Origin: Seison nebaliae
Taxonomy: Eukaryota
NCBI GenBank assembly: GCA_023231475.1
Contig: JALJEE010000927.1
Span: forward strand, 1-64,000
Direction: 5' to 3'
Length of the DNA: 64,000 bases
The notes under the pieces: generated by a model
Seen by the model: only the letters and a program-made list of their open reading frames with translations
What the model was told of the DNA's origin: nothing
The model's database searches: none
Program-made: the position numbers and the translations under genes
Part shown: positions 11,993 through 25,853 of the stretch, in pieces
Layout of the letters: every line of letters starts with the position of its first letter
Position numbering within the stretch: position 1 is the first letter of the stretch

Positions 11993-13565
11993 ATGTCTAA
12001 TACTGAATTGAATGGATTGATTATTAGCAAAGAAAGTGTCCGTTTCTTCTGGTCACACATTAAGAAATGTTTGGAGAATGCTCAATTTTGTAGTATCGAT
12101 TTAGAATTGAGTGGAATTGGTAAAAGGTTATCTGGTTTCTCCGAACGAAATTTAGAGATTCGTTATAATGCTCTCAAGACATTAGTTGATACGAGAGCAA
12201 TTCTTTCTATTGGATTATCATTTTTCCGTTACAATGAAAAGAAGAAAAAGTTGAAATGTGAAGTCTTTGAATTTATTCTATTGCCAACATTCGATTTCGT
12301 AGTGGAGACAGATGCTATGAACTTCCTTGGTCGACATGGTTTCGATTTTAATCGAGAATTTGCTGAAGGAATTCCATATGATCGATATTCATCTGAACGA
12401 CCAGTAAAAAAAGAGAAAAATGAGAAATTGAAGAATAAGAAGAAAATTAAACGACTGAAACGGACGGAAGAAATGAGAGGAAAATGTCGATACAGTTCTA
12501 ATAGTCGTCTATTAGAGAGAGTGATAGAAAAAGTTTTAAATTGGCAAGTTGAAGAGAAGATTGATGGAAATAAAGAGAATAATGAAATGCCCATATTGCC
12601 AGTTCCAATGAATGAGATAATGAAACATATTTTGATAATTTTATTTAAAAGAGAAATTCCATTAATCTTCCATAATGGATTGATTGATTTATTATTTTTA
12701 TTTTCTCATTTTTTCTTCCATCGAACACCCAACACTTTGGACGAATTCAACGAGAAATGTGGAAGAATTTTCAATTCATCTCCTAATCGTTATGTGATCG
12801 ATACGAAATATTTGAACGAATTTATTATAAGAAAATATTCATCCACTTATCTTCTACACATCTACTTGCGATGTATGGTGGAGGAACATTTCAAGAATGA
12901 TAATTTTCGACTTGTCAATCGATTGAAATTCAACGATGAAGAAAACGATAAATTACCATTAAACAATTATCAATTCAAATTTCCATTTCATCCCATCGAA
13001 AAAGTGGAATTGAAACAATTTCATCATTTCTTTTATGAAATCGAAGGAAATCGAGAGAAATTGAAAGAACTTAAAAGTCAATTTTGTGATATTTATAAAG
13101 TTATTTAATTTTTCATTTGTAAATTTTTCATTCTAAAACTATTAGTGTCATGGTCATTGTCCGAAGGAACAGAAGAAATTGTGCCAACATTTACATTCGA
13201 CAAAACTATTTATCATCGAAGAAATTTGTCGATCATACCAAAATCAAATTCATTCAATGACATCAGATAATTATGATGTTGAAAGATTGAGAGATTATAA
13301 AGATTTTATAAATACATCAAACATTGTCAGACATCACAGATCGGGAATTGATTCATTTATGACCGGTATGATCTACTTCCTTCAAAGCTTATCGAAAAAT
13401 GAGACGCTTTTTGAGCATCGAAATAAGGTGTATATTGTGGGAAAAGATCGTCCCTTTCTTTTAGAAATGTCGAATAATATAAAAATTAAAGAAGATGATT
13501 TTCACGAAGAATTTCAACAGTTTTTTCTTGGTAATTCATCGATGAATCTTTTCAAAACCGAATAA
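11993..13565 (+). CDS. TOE1: TOE1 (CAF1-family DEDD deadenylase with CCCH finger), 2 exons
   Basis: SIDLELSG, FDFNR, HNGLIDLLFL, DTKYL and HRSGIDSFMTG. The intron splits the CCCH finger FCDIYK|CHGHCP...CQHLH. Confidence 0.92.
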
Positions 13566-13578
13566 AACGGATATGTGT

Positions 13579-16500
13579 CTAAAAATAAAAAGTTTTCAAT
13601 AACAAATATTTGAGAATGGATAAACCTCTAAATTCTTTGTTTATATAACAATTTAGTTCATCACCTAATCGTTCAAATTCGTTATTGAACTGAAGAAATT
13701 GTACAGTTTCTGTAGTTGTCATATATCTGAACATGAGATGGAATTGATAATTTGTTCGTAAAAGATTACGACGATTTTCTTCTTTCCCAAATGATGGTAA
13801 ATGTGACATTAGCATATTCTCATGTTTCTTTAGAAGAGAATTAACCAATTCGGAATAATCCAAATAATTTCCAATTTCATTCAATTCCAAAGCGGGAAAT
13901 TGTTGGTGGAATAATATCTATGAACAAAATTAAAATTTCATTGAATTTTTAAAAAAAAAAGTTAAAAGCTTAACCAAAAACTGAAGAGATTTATCATCAA
14001 ATAATTGTATTAATGTCACTCCAGTTGCTAATTTTGAATTCCAATTATTGAGCATAGGTGGAATTGTCCAACATATTTCTATACGATAAAATTTCGTTGG
14101 ATCAGGATACTAAACATGAGAATAATAATGTAAATAATAAAAGTAAATTGTAAAGATAAATAAGTAAAATAGGGAACCATATCCATTGCCATTACTAATG
14201 ATAGATCGATGAATATTTTCGGTTTTTCACAAAAGAGGATGATATTGATAAATCCATCCATAATCATATGATCGTATGGAACGACGATGATACGTTTGTT
14301 GAAATATTGTTCGAAGATTTCGAGAGAGAATTGTGGATATTGACATCTTGGATTATATTGATCGATTTTCAACTGAATTACCGTTTCGAACGGATTAGTA
14401 AAATAATCGAATTTAAAATTGAATTGAAGATATAGTTTTGGAGAATTAAAACTAATAAATAATGATTGATTATCTGCATTTGGAATTATATTAAAATCAG
14501 TGATCATAATAGAATTTGATGCGTTGCGAATTTGTTGCATTAATGAAATGAAAAGTGAATGACAATGGAGGAATCTGGTGAGTGGAGTGAGATGAATGGG
14601 ATCTTTTGATAATTCTATTAAATTTTTCGGATCGTAAAATGAATTCGTAAAATTTTCATCTATTGGATCATTGCATGATGTGGTTAATAGTTGAATTTCG
14701 AAATAAGTAATAGGAAATTCAATTTTCAATAATTTTAATGAGTCAAATCCGATTTGGAAATCTTCTCTCAAATGCATCATATGCTCCGGCAACAATTTGT
14801 TGATAGGAGAATGTGGAATGACATTATTGATTTCGATATAACGAATAAAATGAGAGAGAAATGATCGTAAATAAATGATGGGTGTCAATCGACTTGTCGT
14901 GTATTTGCCCATATCATATTGATCATAAATGAAAACGAAATGATAATGGAAGAATTCGATGAAGATCGAATGAGACGTACAATGATTGATGAAATCGATA
15001 TTAAACGTTTTGAAGAATTCGTCTAATTTATCAATATTCATTTTTCTCGACATTCCAAAATCAGTTGGATCGACATTGAAACCGACAGTTCTTGGAATGA
15101 AATTGATTTTCAATGACACTCCATTCAATTGATTAGTCAAATGTGAATTAGAATAATAAACGATAACTCGTTGCATTTCTTTCGGACTCTTTTTCAGAAC
15201 AGTAAATTTCTTTATTGATGATGTTAAATTAGCAGAAGTGATCGCTGTCTCCATTGATAAGAGATAATGGATGAGAATCCAACGAATATTCTTCAATTTA
15301 TGTCTCAATTTGGAAGAGTATAATGTCTGAAATGTATTACACGTCCTCACGAATTGTGTCATCGAAATTGGATGACTGATATTTATACGATTAATTCGAA
15401 TGACTAATTTATTTTCAAAATGAGTTATCGATAAAATCGAATTCAATTCTTTCCCCGAATAATCCATGACGAATATGTTGAGTGTTTTATAATCGAAACT
15501 TCCGATGAAACATCGACGATTTAATAATTCCACTTCTCTCAAACTGATCTCTAATTCTTTAAACGTCACAAATAATTGAACAACAAATCGCCATTTTTTG
15601 AAAAGTGTTTGAATTACACGTACACCAATCGGTTGTCGATTATATCGATTGAGCCATGACTCCTGATGAGAGATAATAATTTTCTCTTTATTTTCCAAAG
15701 GGAAATTCCCACTAAATTGTTCATCAGAGAAATGATTTGGTAATTTGGCGATAAATTCTGATAAATTTCTATATGGTAAATTAGTAAGAACTAAATTGAA
15801 TTCCCAAAATCTTACTTTGTCTTTTTCACCAGGTCGATGTGCTAATCCGTGGTAGATGGACGCATACATAAATTTCTTTACTAACTCCTCATAATATGCC
15901 ATGGGAAAATCACAAGTGACTGATGGTATGGAAGTAACGAGACATGTCGGTTTTTGCATCATCGGATAATAAGAGAGACCTCGAGCATGAACTCCGAATT
16001 TCTGTATTGTCTCAACAACTTCGTTATTGACAGTCACATGTTCAGTGAATAACCAACATAACATCGGAATTTTATTGAGAGTAGATTGAACTGATTGTCG
16101 TGATAAAAATAATTTTATTAATTGACGAAGTTGTTGTTGGAATTTATTGGTTTTTAAATAATTTTCATATTTCTCAATTTGTGAATTAGTAATTTTTATT
16201 GAATAATTTCTCTGACTAAGTTCTCGTTTATCCATCAATTGACTACCGAATTGAAATCTCAATAAATAATTTGTGAATTGTGCCTCCAATTTTGGGAGGA
16301 TGTAAGACATGATTAACGGTGAACAATTATTGGAAATTTCATAGACTTGTTCGACTTTTTTGAAGTTTTCCAAATAAACTCCCATTTGAGTTGAACGTTG
16401 ATTTGGAATTGGATTATTTCGATTATTTGGTGTTGTATTATTTCCTTCTCTTTTCTGAGGCGGTCGTGGACCACTTTTACACTCATAATTGCACGACGAT

Positions 16501-18374
16501 GTTATGAGATGTTGGAAATGGAAATGACCATCATTATCACAATAAACGACAATATAATTATTTCCTGTTCTCATCATTTCCACAAATATTTTCTTATAAA
16601 ATTTCCCATGTTCATTCTTCATCGATTGAACATAACGTCGAGTTGTATCGTCCTCTAGAGTAAATGGAATAGTTTTCTGTACTTTCGTTGGAATTGCCAT
16701 TTCATATTTGTGGAGTATATCTTCTAGAAACAATTTGATATACTCAAATTTCAATTCGTTAAATATATTCAAAATTTTTCCTTTCCCTCGACCATAATTC
16801 AATTCGTCTTCCAATTTCATTAGAATTTCATTCGACCAATTATTCAACTTTTCATTCGTCAAAAATATTCCAATGTAACCAGATTCTAAAATTCCAATAA
16901 TTGTCATTTCGTACAAGATTCTCTCTGATAATTCATCGTCTTTCACTTCTACCATAATCAATGGTTGTTCTCCTTCTTCACCTTCAACAATTCTCATATG
17001 AATCTGAGATGGTGGAATCGATTGTGTTATCAATTCCTTCACATCTTCCAACAAAATGAGAATTCTCTCTTTCCATGTGACGAATAATAAAGTTTCAACG
17101 GAAAAATTATAAAAGAAATTTCGATTCTCCAACTTCTTGTTAATTTTCTTTCGATAATAAATCGGCATTGGTGGTTGATGTATGAGAAGGAATTTCTTCC
17201 GATTTCTCGCAATATCCTCCGATACGTTTGTAATTTTGATGGTTATCTTAAATTCGGTTTTGCATAAGAATCCTAATGTCAACCAATAAATGATGGAGAA
17301 TTGATCAGGATTAATTTCCTTCTTATTGATCTGAATGATATTGACTGTATTAATTGAATTGATGAATCGAGATATGTTGATGGATTGTTTCTGAAGTTTC
17401 GAAATGAAATTTGTAGCAAATGATGGAAATGATTCTCGTAGTTGTTGGAAATGATAAGCATGATCTATCATCATATCAAGTCGAATTAATTGTGAGAATT
17501 TATGTAATTTTTCATAAATCATTTTCAATCCATTCTCTTTATGAATGTTGAGGAGACGTTGTAAAGAATCTTTTAAAAAATATAATTGATCTGGATGAAT
17601 ATTAATTATTTCCAATTGTTCATTCTCTGTCATCTCATAAACATTAATCGATAATCCTGTTCGTGGTGTTCTCGTTCGAATTAACGGTTCTATTGACAAT
17701 AATTGCCATGGAGAACAAACGTCTGAATTATTTAATGTCAAATTGACGATGAAATCATCAGGAATTGTCATTTCCACCGAATCATCATTTATTCTTATAT
17801 TTTCATAAGATAACGGATAATCTTCATGTACTAATCGATAATTCATTAATTGTTTTAAATGACTTAAATAAAATTGATGATTCTTCTCATTATTCTCATC
17901 ATTATATTTCGGATGAAAAAATTCAATTTCCTGACGAATATCATAACCGGCAATAGCTGGTGGAACATGTACATAGTTTTGTCGAATCAAAATATCTGCT
18001 GATTCACCCACACAGAATGGTGGAAGACGAACATCATTAAGAACTTGTTGAGTGAATTCCACCATTTGTCCCATTGTATCATCGAACAATCGATTCGTTT
18101 CATCGATATGTTTTAGAATAGCTGCACATCTTTTAAATTTATTATAATCATTCTTTAACCACTTCAATATAGCTCGCAATCGTGCAAACATCTGACGAGT
18201 TTCACAAGCGAATTCTATTATCTTTATCTTCTTTTGCATCGGTTTCTCATTAGCGATCGTATCAGCCATTCTTGTAATCTCATCATATGTTTTATGGACA
18301 GCTAAGTCAAGAAGATTACCCAAACTTATCGCTCCTCCAAAGCACACATATGGATCCGTTTGCTGAATATTCAT
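13579..18374 (-). CDS. MED14: Mediator complex subunit 14, 3 exons
   Basis: N-terminal ISLGNLLDLAVHKTYDE...ETRQMFARLRAILKW and RLPPF motifs; C-terminal FEQYFNKRIIVVPY and EICWTIPP after a GTTC intron. Confidence 0.9.
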
Positions 18375-20015
18375 TTAGATTCCACACTAAAATTTCTGAT
18401 AATATTTTAAAATTTTTTTTTCAAATCTTTTTCTCTTCAGCTTATTTTTCACTTATCAAAAATTTATTTTTCATCTAATTCTATAAATATAAAATAAATA
18501 ATTATAATATAAAATTGCGTAGCTTAAGATGAACAAAACGTGAAGAGGAATAACATCTTTTTTGTTGAAATAATTAAATACTATCGAACATGATATCGTG
18601 AATTTTGAACATAATTTTTCGAAAAGTTTCATGAGAAGGTATACCGATATCGAGAAGTTATGTCATTAATGAAAATAAAATTTTACCCAATAAAAGCTGG
18701 ATTAGAAGACCGAGTTGTAAAGTATGAATATCGATCAATCAATATGGGAAAGAATATTAGAAACTTCAAACATTATAATGATATAATTCACAAGTGATTG
18801 AAGGGAAAAAGAAAGAGTCATTGAACATGTTGACGATCGATGAAGAAATGAAGAATGTAAATGGAATTATTTTATGGTTTCTCATCCTCGTCCTTTAATT
18901 ATTTTACATGGATCCTCTTGTCCCGGATATTATCCAATTCATCGAGCAAACTTTCTCCTCATAAGAGCATATGTCCTCATTGTCTTCGTCCTCCGTTGGT
19001 TGGAACTCTAATGTAATCTTCTCCCATTAATTCGGTTTGGCAATAAACAATTTCCTTTTTCGTCCTGCTCGTTCCATGGTTCGATTTTGTCCTCTATCTT
19101 TTCTTCTGCGTATGTGGTCCGTATGTTTTTCTAACCTTGTCTCTTCTATCTCGTTGATTCCTTTTCTCATAAGTGTGAATAGATATAACTTGTTCTGATG
19201 TTTTTTCCGATTTCTCATCTCTCTGAAGGTTTCATTCAAACAGTCCAAACCGATATATGTTAATATTATTTAGTACAGGTTAAATAATAGATTTATTGGT
19301 TAGTTATTTAGGTTAAAATCGATAATAAGAGAAGTCCAACTGAAACTGATCAAATCTGATGATCTATTCTGTTCGTTTCATCTTAACACTAATATTTCTC
19401 CATTCAATCATCATTCACCCATTGATTAAAGTTGTTACGATTTCAATAAATTAATCGTATCCATCTCATCATAATTAATTATATAATATGTATACTATAA
19501 AACGATATCAAACACATAAGTCATCACTTTGTATAGAATGTATATCATTCGTTCAATAGATGTCACTAAAATTTATTTATTTTAACTCAAAACTTCAGAT
19601 GCTAATATGTTGAAATAAACAAAAACAAAACTCCTCGTTCCAGAACAATTATACCATAATTATAATTATTACGTCAATATAATAGGAGAGTTTTAGCCGA
19701 GAAAAAAAATTACCAGAATTTAAGGAAAAATTTTTAAATTTACAAGTTAGTTAGGAAGTTTACATTTGCAAATGAAAAAACGGAAGATAGGACATCGCAA
19801 AATTCAATATATTTAAGCTTTCACCTCAAATTCACTAATTATTCAAATGACACAATGTTAATTTTTCAATATTCTTATATAAGTTTATTCTATCTTATAA
19901 TTATTAGTCGATTGTTGAAAATAAATGTTAAGAAAATGAGACTATATTGAAATTGAAGTTGAAATTAGAATTGATTTATCTTAATCTTACATTTGGGAGA
20001 TCTTTTCATAAAATT

Positions 20016-23000
20016 ATGAATATCACAAGAAATTTTTCACAGATAACTACCACTCTAACTCCAGATAATGATACTCAAGTCAATCGTACTCAACCAGTTC
20101 ATACTGGTGATCATGAGCACGAAGAGAAACCTTTTGGCTTTTTCCAACCACATGGTAAATTTATTCTCCATATTGAAAATCGAGGCATCTTTTTTTTATT
20201 CACGATATTTGCAATTGGAGGTAATTTTTGCAATGTCGAAAAAAATATAATTTATTCGAACAGTCATTGCTAAACGCATAAAATCAGGTCTTCCTTACAC
20301 AGTTGTAATGACATTGGTGGGAATGATGTTGGTATTAATTACCGTAGTAATTCCTGGTCTAGAAGTTTTCTAATAATTATCTTCTGTGAAATTGATGTTT
20401 TTTTTAAGGATTTTTGGTCGCCATTATCGGATATAGATCCCCATCTAATATTATTACTTTTTTTACCTTGTTTAATTTTTGAATCTGCATTATCGTTAGA
20501 TTACCATGCGTTTATGACTTGCAAATTCAGAATATGTTTATACGCATTAGTGGGTTGTGTTTTTAGTTTCGTTATAACTGGTGGTATGATATATTACATC
20601 TTACGACAAGCTTTTTCCTTCTCTGGATGTTTGTTGTTGAGTTCCATCGTTACTGCCACCGATCCAGTTGCTGTTGTTGCACTTCTCAGAGAGTTAGGAG
20701 TTGATCCAAAACTAGCAGTAACATTAGAAGGAGAATCGTTGTTGAATGATGGTGTTGTAATCGTATGTTTTGGTATACTTAAGTCGATTTATCTCGGATT
20801 AGATTTGAATGGTGGATATGCTTTTCTTGATGTACTTTTCACTCTTTTTGGTGGAATATTTCTCGGATATGTGACTGGTCGTATCGAAGTGAAATTATTG
20901 ACAGATATGTTTAACGATCCTCTCAGTGAACTCACTGTTACATTGGCAACACCTTATATTCTCTATTGGATATGTTATTTTACATATTTTCTATTAATTT
21001 CTTCATTTTCCTCAAAGGTGAATCATTTAGCATATCTGGTGTAATTGCTTGTGTAATCTTGGGACTTGTGATGAATAATAATAAAACGTGTATATCTCCC
21101 AAAGTCGAACATTTTGCTAAAGAGTTTCATTCTCTTTATTTAAGTCATTCCAATGAAAGAAATTTGTAGATTTTGGGAACTATTGGCATACTTCGCTAAT
21201 ACTATGATATTCACATTGTTGGGAATGTTAGTTATAAAGAATTTCTTAGAGAAAAAACCTGAAGTAGCTCAATACTTCCAAATGCTTTTGACTGTCATCA
21301 TGTGTTTGGTGTCAAGGTTATTTCTCAATTATTTTCCCCACATACCCAACAATAAAATTACCTTTAAAGAACATTGATGTTTGTCGTCTTCGAATTGATG
21401 TGTTCATTATGGAAGAAGAATATGAATTGGAAAGATATCGTTGTATGTATTTGGGGCGGTTTACGTGGCGCAGTAAGTTTATCTTTAGCCCTAAGTATTT
21501 ACAAAAACGAGAATTTTGGAGATTTGCGAGATATAGTTAATCATTTTCATCATTGTTTAAATAAACAATTCACAATATAGATTTTACTTCATACATCCGC
21601 AGTCGTTCTTCTAACTGTTTCATTTAATGCGATTACTATGGAGAGATTACTAATTGGATTAGGTAAGGAATTTCCATAAGATTATTTGATTTATTTTTTC
21701 ATTTCAAAAGGTTATCAAGCCGTTCCTCCGACTAAAATTCTTTCGATGAATAATGCAGTGGCACATTTGAGACAAACGAGAGATAAGATGGTCGCCAATT
21801 TAAAAAGAGATCGATTTTTAGCCAATGCCAATTGGTCGATTGTCGAGGAATATTGTCGTTTACACAGTCCTTATCGAGTAAAGAGACAACCAACAGTTTC
21901 AAAATTGTTCAAATCGTATAATGTTCGTACGGAGAATACGGCAGAATTAGAAAAGAATTTCATACAAGAGAATAATAATAATTTGAATAAGAGTAATAAT
22001 AAAGTTGAAGAAAAAGAGGTGGGAGTGAAAAGTGATTCACCACTGACTTATTATCCATTGAGGGAGCAATATAGTTATTTGGAAAAACATTTACGAATGT
22101 TCCCATCAATTAAACCACGTGAGGAAGAACAAGATTTAAAATATAATGAAGCTGTCGATTCGTTGTTACCTAAAAAGGGAGCATGTCCTGGATGTAATGC
22201 GCCTTGTCCCACACAATTAAGTAATGCCACAATCGAAGCAATGTTAGCTGAAACGAGATCACGAGTAATTCACAGTGAAGAAGTTATGAGAATTTCTCGT
22301 TCGATATAAATAACTTTCATAAATATAAAAGATAAGTATATGGAATCAATATCATGATGGTCGCATAAGTGCTAAAACTGCTAAACAACTATTAGAATTG
22401 TTAAATACAATAAAAGATAGAAAATATGAATGGCCAAATCTGGAATCAATTAGAAAACGAGGCTGGTTCCATAAATTTACTTATCATATCGCCGTAAGGA
22501 TAGTTAGTAAGGAAAATAAATTTAACATTTCTTTCAATCGATTTTTTCATTTTAGAATAAGTTTCTCCAATCTTTATTACCTAAAAATAGTATCGTTCGG
22601 ATAATCAATAAGCGATTGAAGTCGATCGAGTATAAAGATAAACGTTTTAGGAATACAATTATTTTGCATGAGACGACATTGCATGATTTGAAAATGATAG
22701 ATTCGGTCGATAAGTTAAAATCGAAAATTCTTCAATCGAATTTACTACGACAGATTGATGAGACTTCGGTAGTTGGATATGCCGTATGTTTCATGTTAAG
22801 TGAACGCGAATTATTCAATTATGTGAGAAGATTTTTTGAATTATTAATTGTGAAAGGACGAATCACTTGGTTAATGTTCGTATTTTGTATATTTGACATG
22901 ATAGCACTGACGATATTGATTCGACCTGTTCATGCTGATGAAGGATTGTTAATAGCCATAGCTGAAGGTTTTGACTACTTTTACATGACGTGTCTTGTCT

Positions 23001-25647
23001 TTGAACATTTCATCAAAGTTCTATTAGTTTCATTTTGATCGATGTTTTCATTCTTCATTTTTAGACGACATATTTCTTTCCAAAACTTTATTATTCGAAT
23101 TGGCCTAATGTTGTCAATACTTTCATTCTTTTCTTAGCTATGCTATATTGCATGTTAGTACTCTCATGTATTTACTATCCAGATTTGAACTGCAAGGCAA
23201 TATTCCATACGTCACATATGGAAGTCATCTTATATCTTCAATTCTTTCGAGCTTTTAGACTGATTGAAGTTAATTTCATAATAATTTCATAAATTCTTTT
23301 CAAACTATCTAATGAATTCGTTTTAAAGTTAATAATTATATATGTGTACAATAGTACGGAGAGAAGTATTTACGAAGAAACTTTATTACAATTTGAGAAA
23401 TCGAAAAGTTTCATTATAGCTCAAGAAGCAGTTCTCGAATCGCTAGATCAGATCATTCCTGCATATGAAGATGTTGGATATCTGGGAAGTTTCGTAGAGA
23501 ATAATTGCTCGAACGTTATGGCAAATGAAATGAAACAATTGGGCATCATTCAACAGAATCGCACCGAAATTTGTATTAGTATTAAAACGTCGATTGCCAT
23601 TGACGAGATTTTGAGTTTTCTTGATCGGACTTTGAACGATTTGAAGAAGAAAGGAATGATATCGGTGGAGGAAGCAGAGAAAATTGAAAAAGTTTATTAT
23701 TAAAATTATTTCATGATTCAATCAACTGTCAATTGGAAAGATTGTGGAAAAGAAAAAATATTCAGTTCGAATTCCGACTGCATTGCCATTTCCATCAGTT
23801 CATAATATTCTGGTGAACAGTATGCCATGGTTAGAAGAACATGGTGAAATAGTCGATTTTTTGGCAGACATGGTCCAAGGTATGAGTTACAATATCGGAG
23901 AATTGATTTATAAAAAGAAAGATCCAACCTCCGATTTCCACATAGTAATTAGTGGTGTAGTTCGTGAAACGGCATTAAATGATACAACGATGGGGGATAT
24001 ATATACACCGAGTAACATTCCTAACAGTAGTTCACCAAGTGGTCTTGTTCAGAATTCGGTAAGTGAAATTCGGGAACGACCGAAATCAAAACAATTCATG
24101 AGTTTTTTCAAACTAACAAATAAGAATACGAATAATACTTTAACGTATGATCCGATTGAACGTCCTATAAGGAAAACAAGAATTCAATTTAACACATCAC
24201 GTGAAGAAAGTTTCGATGAGGATTCAGAAGACAAGAAAAACATACTTGAAGAAACGACTTGGGATATTATTAATCCGAGTGAATGTGAAACGACCATGTT
24301 TACCGAAGGCGAAGTTTTAGGAATGAAAGATTGTCTTAACATGATCACCATGATGAAGCTAGATGATGATAGTGAGAAAAATAGTTATGGTGAATATGAA
24401 TCTCAATCATTTAATGATGTTGAGATTGATGAGAATAATGAGGTGAAAGAAACAAAAACGCAAGTAAAGAATGTTGAATTTAAGGAAAAGAACGATGAAG
24501 TTAAAGAAATAAAAGAAGAATTAAAAAAAACTGAAGAGGAAATAAAAGAAGATGAAAAAAAAGAATCGACTGGAACTGATAAAAAAACGGAATTTAGCAC
24601 TTTACCTTTCTATTCACCATCTCAATCCATAATTCAACTTCAACCACTTGAACAGAGTACACCAATCACGCCAAAAGACAAAGAAAAGAATGCTAAAGCA
24701 TTAAGTAATAAACCGTCATTACAGGAACTTAATATAGTAGGTCCCATTAAAACCAAAACGTTATTAAATCCACCTCGTGCGCGAAATTCGATTTATTCGC
24801 CTGTTATCAATTATGAGTTAAATTCTCTCTAAACACAATAACGTTACATTCTCTATATTTTCACAGTCAAGTCAAAGATGCATCAGCCGAATGGCAACAT
24901 GTGGAATATCTTCGAACAACAAATGCAATTTGTGATACAGCTGTTCAGGTAACATAATTTTATTTTTGGAATTTAAAAATTTTGTGAATTATAATAATAT
25001 CTCATCAACAGACTATAAAAATTCCGGTGAAAGCGATAATTGCAACGATTATGGAATTTGATGATGAAGTGGGATTTGAACAAAAATTGTGGTTGAGATT
25101 AGCTCATGATTATGCATTCCAACTACTCAGCGATAATTATGAAGTTATTTTACAGTTTCTTTCGCTCATTCCACATTCCTTTCCTTCCAAATTTTAGCCG
25201 GACGACTTCTCTCTCTTAATCAAAGAATCACCATTACTTCACGAAGAGTATTGTTGTCCCGATTGTGAATTACCAAAAACTCATCATGATTTAGCAGTTA
25301 TTCAGGGTACGATTCGTGGAAAAAAGGGCAAACTTCAATTCAACGGACCGACCATTATTCCGGGAACAATCGCTCAGAATGATACATTGACGGTATATGT
25401 TAGTGAAATGTTCTCGAATTAATTGTAATTAAATTTCCTTTAGCGAACACCAGTCAAGTGTTTAATATTGAAACTATCGAGTAAGTTGAGATTATTAAAA
25501 AATTCCGTTGCAATGGATGTCGCAAATAGATTTACAGCGAAAGAACAACATAAATTCCATGAAAGCTTACGAAATCGAAAAAAGTCATCCGTTGGTCGGC
25601 GATTAAATTTTAGAGCACGAAATACAATTGCAAATGTTGCATTCTAA
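20016..25647 (+). CDS. SLC9C1: SLC9C-type (sperm NHE-like) Na+/H+ exchanger with voltage-sensor-like and CNBD domains, about 17 exons
   Basis: LFLPCLIFESA, ATDPVAV, GESLLNDG and WGGLRGAVSLSLA (CPA1); a four-helix VSD-like block (FEHFIK...FFRAFRLI); CNBD strands (GELIYKK...IVISGVV...GEVLG...RTTNAICDT). Confidence 0.88.
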
Positions 25648-25853
25648 TAATATGAATTATATTATGAGATAGTAAATGAAGAGAATCCTTCTAATTTATT
25701 TCATGAAAAGCGTTCCGAATAAAATAGTCAACAACATTGACAGAATTACGGTAGTCCATTAAATTTTTTTATGTTTCTTTAATGTTTTCTCGTCTATCAT
25801 TGTAACATTGAAAGAGTGTACATATAAAATTCCATTTATTCCTCATTTTTCAT

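Noticed and set aside
18780..19250. Minus-strand basic ORF fragments as a gene or named transposon (similar at 4141-4750)
   Set aside because: Interrupted by stops with no recognisable domain; possibly decayed element DNA but not supportable.
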